This document shows positions 12,436 through 25,003 of a stretch of DNA of 64,000 nucleotides, one piece after another (position 1 is the stretch's first letter; each line of letters opens with the position of its first letter). Where the stretch lies: the NCBI GenBank assembly GCA_001643675.2, contig LSRY02000050.1, positions 434,001 through 498,000 of the forward strand. Direction: 5' to 3'. A model generated the notes under the pieces. That model saw only the letters and a list, made by a program, of their open reading frames with translations, did not search any database and was not told the DNA's origin. A program made the translations under genes and the position numbers. Origin of the DNA: Monocercomonoides exilis PA203. Its lineage: Eukaryota; Protista; Preaxostyla.

Positions 12436-13482
12436 AAATTTTTTAAGCTTTATAAAGAAAGTGTTTAAATAAATTAAACATAAAGAAAAGCATATTTCAA
12501 ACAAGGAATTTTTGTTTAAATTTTTGTTCATTCCAATTTGAACGAGCTTTATTCACTTCCATGAAATGTTAATGTTCATGCTAAGCAACAAAAAAATTCT
12601 GAACAAATTAAAGCTTAAATAATTGTAAGATTATGAAATTTTTCTCAAAAAAGAATCGAAATATACCACGAAGATTTCATGGATCAGTAATTGCAATATA
12701 GTTTGAGAAAGAAAATTCTTTTTCATTGTGAAATTTGAATCTCAATTTTGTGCAATATCAAATATGTAATTTTTTTATTTCGACAGTTTTCTTTTGATGA
12801 AATCGTTCAAAATGAACAAACAAACAAACAATGAAGCGATATCATTTTTAATTTATTATGTTGGCCTGTTAGACACACCTTGAAATATTTTGTTGACGTT
12901 TGTCTCAATAGAAAAAGATTTTTTTTATTGATAACTGTTTCTCATATGAAAATGAATATTTATTCATCAATGGATCAATAAACATGGAAAACATTCAGAA
13001 CAACTGTTAATAAAGTTAATCTTTGATGAACCCGCCACGTTCTCGAAATAATCACTTTTAAAACAATTATCTTTAACAAATAAAAACTTGCTTTTTGCTA
13101 TAAAACTTTAAGAATAAGGATCACTTGATTGATGTGATATTCTAAAGCGAATTACAAAACAAACATTAAAAGAAAACAAAATTTTATGAAATGAAAATTA
13201 AACTTTTCAAAAAAATTAAAAAACGATGAAATATGGTGAATGAGATTTTCTCTCACTTAATTATCACTTTGTGTTCCTGCAAGATATTAAAAAATATTTG
13301 TCAAAATGTCTGGTCCGCAAATGACTCAAAAAATGCAGTACGAAAACAGATAAACATCAAAATTTCATCTAAATCATTTAACAACATAATGATAATATTA
13401 ATTATAATAATAATAATTATAATAATAATAATTATAATAATAATAAATGAAATTCTAAATAAAAGCTAATACTCCAACAAAC

Positions 13483-14326
13483 CTAAAATGATCCCACATT
13501 TATTGATGGATCAACAATCTTAAACGGAGCCTGGTGAAGCAACTGATCGTTGATAAACAGACGAAGCTCGTATTCACCAACTGGCCAAGCTCTTTTTGAA
13601 AAAATATGAAAAAATTGTGAAAAATGAAACAAACAAATTTTAAACAAACCTTGGAAGTTCAGCATGAGTATCAATAATGTTCATCAACAAGCTAGTCAGA
13701 TTACATGCGACAATTTCATAATTTGGTGGCTAAAAAATTATTTGAAGTATTGTTAAAAATATGCGGATCGATAAAAAAGACATACAGCTGTAATGATCAA
13801 AATTTATCCATAAATGAAGAAATAAGGTTTTAGTGTTTTAAAAATAATTGCACTGAAATCCAAACCTACACCGCGAGAATCACTATAAAATGAATCAATA
13901 ATAAATTAAAAAATTAAGCAAAAATAAACAGAAAACACACTTGCAGACCCAAACGACCCTTCCATATGAACCAACCTAAAGCAAATGACTTTCAAAAATA
14001 GAAATAAATCAACAGTAATCATACCAGAACGTGTGATAAAACTATTCTTGCGTGAATCTTTGAGTCTACATTTTTTGAAAATTAAGCCATCAAATAACAA
14101 AAAAATCAATACCAGTTGTATAAAATACTCCATCAACAGGTTCGCTTGGAGCGCCAGTATCATCGGATCTGCATGTCATTTACAAAAAAACATTTTATGA
14201 ACAGAAAGCAAATAATGAGTGTTGCTTTGGGGCAAACCTGTAAAAAGTGACTGATTCAACTTTTATTGGCTTTGTATTGTCGGAATCTCCTCCTTTATCT
14301 TTATCCTTACTTCCACCACAGCCCAT
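13483..14326 (-). CDS. ~142-aa N-myristoylated/palmitoylated (MGCGGSK) protein with a beta-rich domain, 8 exons
   Basis: GT-AG splicing reconstructs a stop-free frame: MGCGGSKDKD...VTFYRSDDTGAPSEPVDGVFYTTDSKIHARIVLSHVLVGSYGRVVWVCNDSRGVAPPNYEIVAC...LPRAWPVGEYELRLFINDQLLHQAPFKIV... Confidence 0.75.
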
Positions 14327-14762
14327 TTCTAAAATTATGGGTAAGGAAAAGAATTTATCAATATTGAAGATAATAAATTTTGTCACAACAATATTATTGT
14401 TTCTTTATGAACGGATCATCAATTCTTCTTCAGAAAAACAGTTTTTTAACTGAACCTTTATTTTATAAAGATGAATGAGTGAAATGGGACGAAATCTTTT
14501 GCTTATTGAATTCTGTTCCACACAATCTTTTCAAAGATTTTCCCCAACTTTTTAATATTTTTATATTTTATTTTTCATGGGAATGTTAAAATTGCAAGTA
14601 TTCGATGCAAAAATTGTGTGGAACAAATCATTGATTTTTTCATAAATAAAAGGATACTGTCCCAAATGCAAACTATTAAAATTTGCTCATGATGAATGAA
14701 ATCAGTATTTTCATTTTGTTAATTTCTTTTTAAATTTTATTTCCTTTTTTGAAAATGTTTAT

Positions 14763-15392
14763 ATGTCGTCTTATTTTTCTTTGTTTGCAAAACTCTTTTG
14801 CTGGACGTGGTTGCTTACAATATCAACCACCAGTCATTGATTCATGTGCCCTCCTGAACCTCAAAAAGTGAAAGATATACCTGTACCTCCTCCAGCTCCG
14901 GTGGAACGTTGCAAATGTAAAGCACCAAGTCAACCAAAAGAATCTTCTTCAAAAAAATCAACTCCATTTTCTTTTTGCCAACCAGGAGGTGGGGATAATT
15001 CTCCTTTTGGTTCATCAAAATGGACATAACTAATTTTGCTGCAAAACCAGGTTTAGATAGCCTTCCTTTATGAAGATTGGTATGTCTCACGATTCATTAT
15101 TTATAATTGTGTGATTCATTAATGCTTTTTATTTTTCTGTTTTTCTATGTTCAAGGTACCATTTGGAAATTCTGCTACGAACAAACCAATTTGTGCATGT
15201 GTTACGAATATTGGACTTTCGGCTCCTCCAAACAATCAGTTTGCTGGGTGTACATCTCCACGGTCAAGATCATCACGATTCGCATCTTCTACTGCACCAA
15301 AAAGTGTTGAATGTGTGCATCCATCTATTTAACAATCATCAAATCAGTGTTCAAAGCAACCACAAGAACAGCAAGCTGCACAGCCTCAATGA
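14763..15392 (+). pseudogene. Cys/Pro/Gln-rich small-protein gene with frameshifts and premature stops
   Basis: Coding-like segments (CPPEPQKV..., VPFGNSATNKPICAC...) are separated by one GT-AG intron. An in-frame TAA at 15330-15332 precedes a Q-rich tail. Confidence 0.45.
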
Positions 15393-15875
15393 CAAAAAAA
15401 GATGACAGAAAAAGAAAAATTCAAACGTGTGCGTTTTTTTATTTGTTAAATTGCAATTTGTATTAATCAATTGTGTCTATATGAATTCTATTTTCGTTTA
15501 ACATTATTAAACAAAATTTTAAATGCTCAGTGGTAAACAAAGTCTGCGAAATGATATCTAATCTCTTTTCATCAATGTCCAGTTGGGAGGATTGAAAGCC
15601 TTAGCACTCCCGTTCAAAAATGTCAATGCTAAATTATTTTAACAAACAATTTCATGATAAAATGTTCCGCACTTCGCAAATAATTTTTATTTGTTTTCTT
15701 TTCTTCCAAACTAAACGCTTGATCGCAAAAAATGAAGATTCACTTATCTACAAGAATTCATTTTTTAAAAAAAAAAAAAATCGATTTTTTTTTTTTTTTT
15801 GATTATTGGAAAAGATTATTATTAGTTGATTCGAATAAACAAAAAGAAACCTTGAAACAACAAAAGAGAAAAAAA

Positions 15876-16550
15876 TTAACTATTATCTAACTTTATTGCA
15901 ACATATATGTGCAGCATTTGATGTTTAACAGCTCTCATAACGCTTCTCCCTGCGACAGCAGCTTCAACACGATGAGCAACAACATCCCAGTCAATATGTT
16001 TTAAAATTGCTTTCACATGTGGCCCGCGACCTGTAGTCTTGTAATCAAGGACAAATGCATACTCCCAACAATCGATAAGAAGCAAAGGCTCAACATTCAC
16101 CAGCATTCCCAAATGATGTTCTTCAACCCATGTCACTGTGCAAAGGTCAGTACTGTGATCATAAAGAACAGCAACTCAACCAACTCCACGGGTAGAACCA
16201 GCATTTTCAACCTCTGCAACAAATTTTACAAATGAGCCGAAATATTTAACAAAGAAGTTGTGAACGGCTGACGGTGCAGTTGCGTTTGCGGGTGTCAAAT
16301 TCTCGAAGAAAAGTTCATGCATACAAACTCCATCTACTTCAAATCCAAGTCTGCGTCTGCGATCAATCAAAGCAGCTCCAGTGTGAACACCACTTTTTAT
16401 CTCGCCAAGAAGGGCATTCGCATTTGTGACATATCCTTTGTACAAATCAAATTGTTAGTCAATTGCATTTGCAGAAATATCATCCATGGAAGAAGCCAAA
16501 AGCTTGGTGAGCAATTCTTCATTAACATCAAATGGACTTGGTGCTGGCAT
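15876..16550 (-). pseudogene. Fe/Mn superoxide dismutase family, bacterial-like, intronless, with two in-frame stops
   Basis: Single frame from ATG at 16550: ...DISANAID*QFDLYKGYV...RRRLGFEVDGVCMHELFFENL...GVG*VAVLYD...PLLLIDCWEYAFVLDY...IDWDVV. TAA at 16455-16457 and TGA at 16176-16178. Confidence 0.85.
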
Positions 16551-16803
16551 GAAAGACTTTATCGAAAAATCTCGATCAAAAGCATAAAAAATTTTTTGTC
16601 AAAAAAATAAATAATAATGATAATTCTCAATGTGGAAAAACAAATTGAAAAAGAAAGCAGTTTAAAGATAAAATCAACAAATAAAAAAGAATTTCCATAG
16701 TGCTGATGACCATTCAATGCTTTTCATTTGTTTGCAAGTTTAAACAAAAAAAGAAACAGTGAGTTAAAAAGAATCATTGAAAAGTCGATCCTAAGGTTTA
16801 AAT

Positions 16804-17058
16804 TGGGTGATTATTTTTTAAATCAAACTTTTTTCGTAGTGTTATTATTTCTATTATTGTCTGTCATTATGAAAAGATTTTTCACACTTATTGAAATGTA
16901 TCACAACTGTTCAAAAAACTTATGTTATTGCTTTAATAAATTAGAAAATGACGTTCACAGACCTTTTCATTTTTCACTTTTCTTTTGTTGATATTCCAGA
17001 GAAATATTTGAACCTAACATTTTGAATGGAAAAATATGATTTGAAAAATGGTTTCCCA
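16804..17058. mobile_element. Degenerate TGGGTGATT-type MITE
   Basis: Starts TGGGTGATTATTTTT and has an imperfect inverted end (TATGATTTGAAAAATGGTTTCCCA) ~255 bp away. Confidence 0.45.
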
Positions 17059-17232
17059 GGTATTGATTGCATTATGTGAAATAAAACTATGTGATGTGAA
17101 TAAGTTTGAAAACAATCCGATTTCAATCATGATGGACGATTTTTTTTGAAAAATCAAAATTTTTTATGCATATTCACAAATAATAAAATTGAATGTTCAA
17201 TTTCTCACTCTTAACTTGAATAATGCAAAATA

Positions 17233-17490
17233 TGGGTGATTATTTTTGAATTCATATTTTCTCGGTTTAAAAATTCGATTTAAAAAGATCCATTGAATGT
17301 CAACAAACGAATAATGAGAAATGAAAAGACTTGAAAAGACATCTTCATATTTATTTGAGTTCAAACATTTGTTTTTGAAAACAGTTGAAATGAATTTTGT
17401 ATTAGTATATGAAATCTCTTTAAAGTGATAAACAGTCTTTGAAAAAAACAACACCCCGAAAAAAATTATGATTTCAAAAATAATCACACA
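17233..17490. mobile_element. TGGGTGATT-type MITE
   Basis: TA|TGGGTGATTATTTTTGAATTCATA ... TATGATTTCAAAAATAATCACACA|TA. Confidence 0.7.
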
Positions 17491-19220
17491 TATGATATTT
17501 TAATCACTTTCTAACATTCAGCCAAAAACAAAATTATCACAAAAAAGGATTTTTTTTTTTTTTTGAACACAATCTTTCTAATTTCGAAGAAGTTTTCCAA
17601 CTTTGAATAATTTGTTGTCCAATTTTGAATTATAAATTAAAAATTATTCAACATTGAAAAAGTTTTAAACATCTTTAGAAAAATATTTATCGAAATCAAT
17701 GATTTTTCTTTTAACATCGAAAATACATTTATCAGAATATGTTTTGTGAAACTTTTTAAAATACAAATTTGTATCAGTTTTTTATCATTAAGTCAATGAT
17801 CAGAGAAAATAATCAATTTCAATCAAAAAATATCCTTTTGGAAGTTTTTTGATGTTTGATTGTGTGCAAAAGTGTAAATCGGAAATAATTGAATTATTGT
17901 AATAATCTTCACATGTGCCCAATAGATAACAGGTTGTTGTTGTGGAAAATGAAAAAGACAGGATCGTTTTCAATCCTGTAACATATCAAAAAGGGTCAAA
18001 ATCCATCTCATTTTCTTAAACCGAATAGTTTTTTACTCAATTTGTTAAAATTGAAACTGATAAAAATTATTCATATTCAATTTTCATAATGAGAAAATGA
18101 CTAATGAATAGCATTTAAAACAATCAAAAACAAAATCTTATAATAAAGGGAAAATATTATAAATTAATAATCATTTATAAGAATCAACATTTGCACCATA
18201 ATAATTTCATTTGTATTAAATTGAATTGAAATTCTGAAATGACAAACTTCTTTTTCGATTTCAAATTAAACTTTTTCGACTTTGAATGATTTTTGGTGAA
18301 AGTTTACCAAATTTGAATAATGAACGGTGAATAATCGTTGAGGAAGAAATAAAGAATTTGAGGTGAAAAAACATTAAAAAAAAATTGAGAATATTCCTTT
18401 TGTGAGATAAGTCAAAACTTTGAAAAAGTTTTGAATGAAAGCAATGCAGACAAGAATACGCAACATCAAGAACTCGTGGAAATATGAGAAATACATTGAT
18501 CAAAATATTTTCGTAAGAGAAAATTTTTATCTTTATAAAGAAGAAATAATTTTTTTAAAAAAATTTTAAATAGTTAGACTGACAATATTGTTATATTTGC
18601 TTTAAAATTATACACATAGAATACAAGCTTCTATTTGAAGTCGTGTTGTAAAAAGAAATTAAGGATCCAATAAAAAACTGGACACTTATAAACTATCTGA
18701 CTCAATTTATAAAACTTATCATTAAAAACATTAATCGATAAACACTAATCATTTTGAAAACTTTATTTCACAAATTTCGGTAAAGTTTTGTTTGCTGAGA
18801 AAAGTGACTTAAAAAAAATAACAAAAATCACAGTATCTCAGCGAGAAAGAAACAAAAACTATAAAATAAACTGGTAATAAATTAAATGAAATCTGTTAAT
18901 ACGATGAATCCAAATGCCGAAAACAATTCAGCGTTTTCCAACGATTGACATTCAAAAACTAAAAAGTGCCAATAAAAAAAAGTAACATTATCAAATTGAA
19001 CTTATCAATAAACCAAAATTAAATTGAGTTTCATTAAACAAAGCAAAACAAAAATAAAATAAAATTAAAGAAAAAGAAAAATAAAAATAAATACACTCCA
19101 TTATTTTGGAAAATAATTGTTTTGCTTTTAAACGTATGAGCAACAACTACAAAAAAAAAAAAAAAAAAGAAAAAAGGAAAGAAAAGTGAAAGAAAATTGT
19201 AAAGAAAAGAAGAATAAGAT

Positions 19221-20635
19221 TCAGCAACAAACAAAATAATCCTCAATATTTTTAACAGAAACTAAAGAATCATCTGTTCCATATACCAGATATTGACGAA
19301 ACGAGACTATAAAGTCTTCATATCCTTCTTCTTCCAGCTTTTCAAATGTCTTTCTTTTCTCCTCTTTTCGTTTTGCTTCATTGGCTTCGTTATCTGTCTT
19401 TCCTTTCAATTTTTCACAAATGACTTTGAAAATCTTCAAACATCCATTTTCTGATAAATCTATTGTGCCTAATTGGATCATTTTCCTCAGAGTGACGTCA
19501 ATTGCACCACTTTTCAATAAACTATCAATTTGTACATCCCTGTAAATAACTAAGATTCCCAAGGCAAAAATGCACCAGTCGTTGATATATCGGTGATTAT
19601 CTTTAACTGCTCGAAATATACCAGCTATGATGTAGAGAAGCTGATAATGCTCTTCATTCCTCAATATGCATGAGTTCAAGAAGGTGTCCAATGATTGGAT
19701 CCATCTCATCAAAAGGCATGTTTCTTTTGCTTCTTTTCCTCGTTCCACTTCTTTTCTCTTCCAGTCAATACATTTCATCAACTCTTCCAATTCCCTTCTT
19801 GCCTCCTTCAAATAATTCATCTCACTCACAATTTCATATTTCAAGGTCCAATCGATTGATAATCGGTTTATCAAAAATCGAAAAGCAAGTGCATATGCAT
19901 GTTGTGTCAGATTCCGATGTTCCTGGTGATATTGGACGATCTCTTTGATCTCATTCATATACAATTTTTTACTCATTTTCTTTTTTTAAAAAATGAAAAA
20001 AAATGTTCTTTAAAAAAAAAAAAAGGATATTCAATACAAACTACAGACTGCCCAACATTGCTCAATGCCAATAAAGCTATTTCCACATCTTTTTGTGCTT
20101 TTTCATTTTCCTCCTTGTTCAAAGCAGCTTTCAGAAGGTAAGGCACGCAAATCGAAAATAATTGAGAAGTGTTTTCATCATTCAGGAAAATGAAGCATTC
20201 ACAAATATCAATCAGAAGCTTTTCGTTCTTTTCTTCGCTTTTCTTCTCATTTTCTTCAATAATCATCTTTTGAACTCTTTTTCCCATCGAAGATTCTCCA
20301 AATCGTTGAAAATATGCGTGGTTCGTCTCTTTATAAATTCCGATGTGCTTCAGTAATAAACACATATTTTCTAAAGATATCATCTTTTTTTCAATCTTTG
20401 TGTGAATTTCATCAAACAACTCTGACATGAAAATGGATCTGAATTCTTCTTCATTCATTCCATCAACTATTTCATTCATTTCTTCAATTTTCTGTTTCTG
20501 TTCTGCTTCAGTGAATTGTTCCAACTGTGAAAGTTTCTCTAAAAAAGGTGAAAAAATCAAAAGAGAAAAAAGAAGCATTTATTTTTAAAACCAACTATTT
20601 CTTATTAAACGTTGCAAACCCAGAAATATTTGCAT
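19221..20635 (-). CDS. Expanded alpha-helical family, copy 3
   Basis: EQKQKIEEMNEI...CVPYLLKAAL...VEIALLAL exon and LYMNEIKEI...HRNLTQHAY...LEEEGYED exon. Exon 1 and start are approximate. Confidence 0.75.
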
Positions 20636-22823
20636 TTTTGAAGGTGACTGTGAAATCGCAAAATGAATTCAAAACAATAAATAAATTCGTTTTCGAAATA
20701 TTCGTTGAATATTCGAATTAAAAGAATTAAAAACGCAAAATCAAAATTTTTTAAATTATACAGGATTCGAAACCTCTTTTGCCATCAATGATTTTTGCCT
20801 CAAAGCAAGTAAATCTATGAAACAAAATATTCTTGTTTTTGAACAAATTAATAAGGGTGACCAACCTATAATTTTATAAGTGAAAATTTTTGATTGATGA
20901 TTTGCCGCAGCAAGAGCATGTTTGAGCAGCTTGAGGAAACGACCACAGATGCACCCATGCGAGTTATGGAGCTTCAGAAGAACAGGAATTTTGCCTGCAG
21001 ATGGAGGAGTGAGTGGCCGTTTGCATCAATTGCTTGCAAAAAGTGAATTGGTGGGGAAAATTGCAAGGAATTTGAACTTGGTCATAAATTGCAAAACATA
21101 TGGTGCGACATCGGCTGCGAGATTTTGAATGAAAAATAGCTTTAGGAAGATGCTTAAAAAAGCGAGCAGAATGTTTCTGAAGGATTGAAATGAACCGCTT
21201 GTTCATTTCGAGGGAAATACAGTGCACTTGGCATATATTTTGCGCAGGACTTATTTTGTTTGATTTTTTGTTGGGAGGTTGGGTTTTGTGGAAAAGGAAA
21301 GAGAATTGGGGGATTGGACAATGGAGGAAGCGAGTTGAGCGAGACACCCAACAGGCCTTTACAACAATCACGTTTGCATTTTGCACCAAGCAAGTTGGAA
21401 AGCCATCAGCAAAAACTTGACGTTGAATTGGGTTTTGAAAAGGAGTTAATTTGGAGAATATAATCATTCACCTGTCTTCATTATCGGTTTCATAAAGGAT
21501 TCTCTGCTTTCGATGATGTTCTATGCAAGCCTTTATAGTCCAGTTGTCTGAATTTTTATGTGACAAGAGGCAATTTTGGAGAGCAAAAAAGCCAGCTGGG
21601 CTGATAATTACCAATCCATTGGAGATGGGAAAAGATTTCAAGGACAAAAAGATGGTTTGACTTTTTTTGTTTTGTTCATTTTTCTTTTAAAATGTTCTTT
21701 GAATGAATAGAGATTGGCCATGAACAGGAATACCACAAAGAGAGGGAAGCTCTGGAATCTTTTGCAAAAGAACCAGAAGTTTTGAGATGATTCTTGTTTG
21801 GATCGCATTCAACGACGTCAATCATGGCTTCCACCATCTGTCTTGCATACTGCATAGCATGACAACGTTTAAGATGAGCTTGAAAGAGAAAAGCAGTTTG
21901 TTTGGCTCGTTTGTTGAGGGTATTTGGCAGAAGCGACTTATTTGTCGGAGCAGATGGGCTGGCTGGGCATTCGCATTCAAAAGATAAACAACTTCTCATG
22001 TAATTCAACACTCATCTTCTTCGAATGACTCTTCGCGGTCATTCTTCTTCTTCTTTTTCATTTTCTTCTTCTCCTTCTTCTTCTTCTCCTTCTTTTTCTC
22101 CTTCTCCTTCTCCTGCTTCTTCTTCTTCCTCTTCCTCTTCTTCGTCTTCGTCTTCGTCTTTATCTTCTTTTTCAGAATTCTCAACTTTATTTCCATCATT
22201 TTTGTTTTCTTCTTTTTCTTTTTCCAATTCAAGAAGCATTTCTTTCTTGAAATTCTTCACAAAAAGCCTATCAACTCAAATGAATAATACAATTTTGAAT
22301 AATTTTTTTTATTCTTCTCTCTTTCTCTTTCTCTCTCAATCTTCAATCTTCAAGGGATGCATCAAAACTCCCATCAGAATTTCTTCCACTTCTCCGATTT
22401 TCAAATTAAACATTTTTGTTGCCTTCAGATGCTGTAAACGAATTGTTTTAACTTTTGGAAATGGAAATGATGAAGAATGAATAAACAGGCAAAGGAAAGC
22501 GCTTGAGTTGAAATGTTTCTCTTCACTTGAAGCAGCATCAGCATCGTGGTTTGCTGTTTTTGTTGTGTTTTCAACATTCACTGAGGGTTTCTGATATTCC
22601 TCGAAAGCGAAGGAAGCATTGAGAAAACACAATTTTCTTTTTGCCAATGAGCTGAAAAGAGATTGTTTTTCTCAAAACAATCAAAAGAATGAGTGAAGAA
22701 TTTGAAATAAAAAATGATTGTCAACTCATTTTGGGAAGAACTTTGGTGAATGAAAGAAGAAAATGGAGAAATTCATGATTTTTAATATTTCAATGATTTT
22801 CATTTGAAAAAACAAAAATTGAA

Positions 22824-22859
<36 letters not shown>

Positions 22860-23002
22860 TTGCATCACTTCATTTTGATGAATCTGGATGACAAATCACT
22901 TTAAGCAAACATATGAAATTATTCATTTGTATTCTTTTTTGTGAAATGAATGAAAAAAGAAAGTGAAATTGTGAGCCATAAAATTCGAGGAATTTCATTT
23001 CC

Positions 23003-24458
23003 TCAAACATAAACAAAATAATCAGAAATATTAAAAGATAAATCATAAAAATATTTTTTTTTGAGAAATTCAAATTTTTCATGAAAACTTGTGAGGACAT
23101 CTTCGTACCCTTCTTCTTCCATCTTTTCAAAAACCTTCCTGTTCAACGCTTTTCTTTCCTCTTCTTCCCTTTCATCTTTATTCTTTTCTTTCAATTTCCT
23201 TGAAACATTCACAAGGAATTGGAAGCAATCATTAACAATTGCTTCATTCAATGTTTGTCTCTGTATCTCCTCCAAAATAGCATCAATAGCCCCACCTTTC
23301 AACAAATCTTCAACTTTCACATCTCTATTTTTTGCTGCATATCTCAAGGGATACATGCATAGATTGCTAATATCTCTGCAATTATCCTTTGCTGCTCGAT
23401 ATATCTGAACAATTCTGCAAAAAAGCCCAATAAATTCTTCATTATGCAATTTACAACAGAAGAAATAAATCTTCAGTGTTTTAATCCATCTCCTAATTAC
23501 CAGCACTTCATTTGCTTCTTCTTTGTTCATTTCCTCTCCTTTTTTCCTGTTCCAATTCACATTTCTTGTCAGCTCTTCCAGTTCTCTTGCTGCCTCTCTT
23601 CCAAAATGCAGCTCATTCACAATAACTTCTTCCAAGCTATTGTCAGCCAAAAGTCGGTGAATCAAAAAGTCCCAAACAGACCAATATGCAAGTCGTGTCA
23701 GATTTCTGTGCTTTTGCTGATATTCCATGATATCTTCAATTTCCTTCAAATACAGTTCTCGTTCGATAAACTAATAAGAAATGAGGGGAAAAAAAGAAAA
23801 TATAATAAAAATGAAAAAGAAGTGCTCATACACAATATCCCATTCTGCTCAAAGTTAGCAAAGCCATTTCCACTTCTTTTTGAGTCTCCTCGCTTTCCTC
23901 TTTCTTCAAGGCTAATTTCAACAGGCAGGACATACAAATTGAAAGAAATTTCGAAGATGGAAATTTGATGTGAAACAAAAGATTGCATTCACAAAGATCA
24001 GCTAAAAGCTTTTCGTTCTTTTTTCCTTTTTCCTTTTCTTCTTCAATGATCATCTTCTCAAATTTTTTGTTCAATGAAGATCTTTCAAATAATAGAGTCA
24101 AAACATTTTTCAGCACATAGCAATACCCAACATGCTTCAGCAGCAAAATTGCATTTCCCATTGACATTTTCTTTTCTTCAATCATCTTGTTCATCTTGTT
24201 GAACATTTTAATCGATGAAATAGACTGAAGTTCATTTTTGTTCATTTCCTCCACAAGTCCGTTCATTTCTTCGATTTTATGTTTCTACTCACTTTCATTG
24301 CAATGCTCCAGTTCACAAAACAATTCTTCAATAAATTTATTTATGGTGGAAAGCGCTGAACACCCAAAAAATAGTAAAATGAACAAACTTGAAAACTTAT
24401 CTTCAAGAGACGACTCCTGGACATAATCATTGGATTTGTCTTCATCACACATTTCCAT
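23003..24458 (-). pseudogene. Expanded alpha-helical family, copy 4, with a nonsense mutation
   Basis: Exon 1 MEMCDEDKSNDYVQESSLEDKFS. Exon 2 has TAG at 24285-24287 where paralogs have Gln (EEEQKQKIEE). The remainder is open. Confidence 0.8.
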
Positions 24459-25003
24459 TCTGTCTATTATTAGCAAAGATCAATTTGCTGCAAAATTTCA
24501 AATGAAAAACAGAAAAACAAACAGAAAAACAAACATTGTTGATAATTGGCAAAATTAAAATATAATTGTCAAACTCAATTCCTTTGCTCAGTAAAAATCT
24601 GTGGTAAAAAAGAAATCACAAAGAAGCTGCAATATTGGTCGTATTTAGCCAAATACGAAAGAGTTTATTTTCTGTCTGATCGAACCAACAATAATTCATT
24701 TCATTGAAATGGATGGCATTTCGATGAATAGTTGAACGTATTGAAAAATATCCCACATGTCTGGAATTGAGTACAAAAAAAATATCTATTTTAACATTCT
24801 GAGCAATATGAAGAAGAAGCGAAAGGACTTTGAAAAGAACTTTTGGAAGAAGAGACAAAAAAGCAACAATTTGCACATTAAACTGTGCATTTAAACGTTG
24901 TTGCAAATTAAAATTCAAACATAAATATTGCACTTATTTCCCTCACATTTAGGGTTATCTGGAAGCTTTCCTTGTCAGAAATGATTTTTTCTGTTATTTC
25001 AAA

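Noticed and set aside
15527-15612. Possible box C/D snoRNA on the minus strand (TGATGA...CTGA) with an adjacent GGGAG/CTCCC hairpin, or a SECIS for the SOD TGA
   Set aside because: Box spacing is short, there is no terminal stem and no verifiable rRNA target. SECIS geometry is absent, and the TGA replaces Trp rather than Cys.
20922-22011. GC-richer, coding-like stretch with several overlapping short ORFs
   Set aside because: No consistent frame or recognisable motif; probably a decayed gene but not assignable
15330-24287. TAA/TAG at Gln positions (15330, 16455, 24285) and TGA at a Trp position, suggesting a reassigned genetic code as in some oxymonads
   Set aside because: ATG8 and the ferredoxin fusion end in TAA and the 835-aa ORF ends in TAG. 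Long ORFs contain no internal TAR. CAR>TAR and TGG>TGA are the commonest nonsense transitions in pseudogenes.
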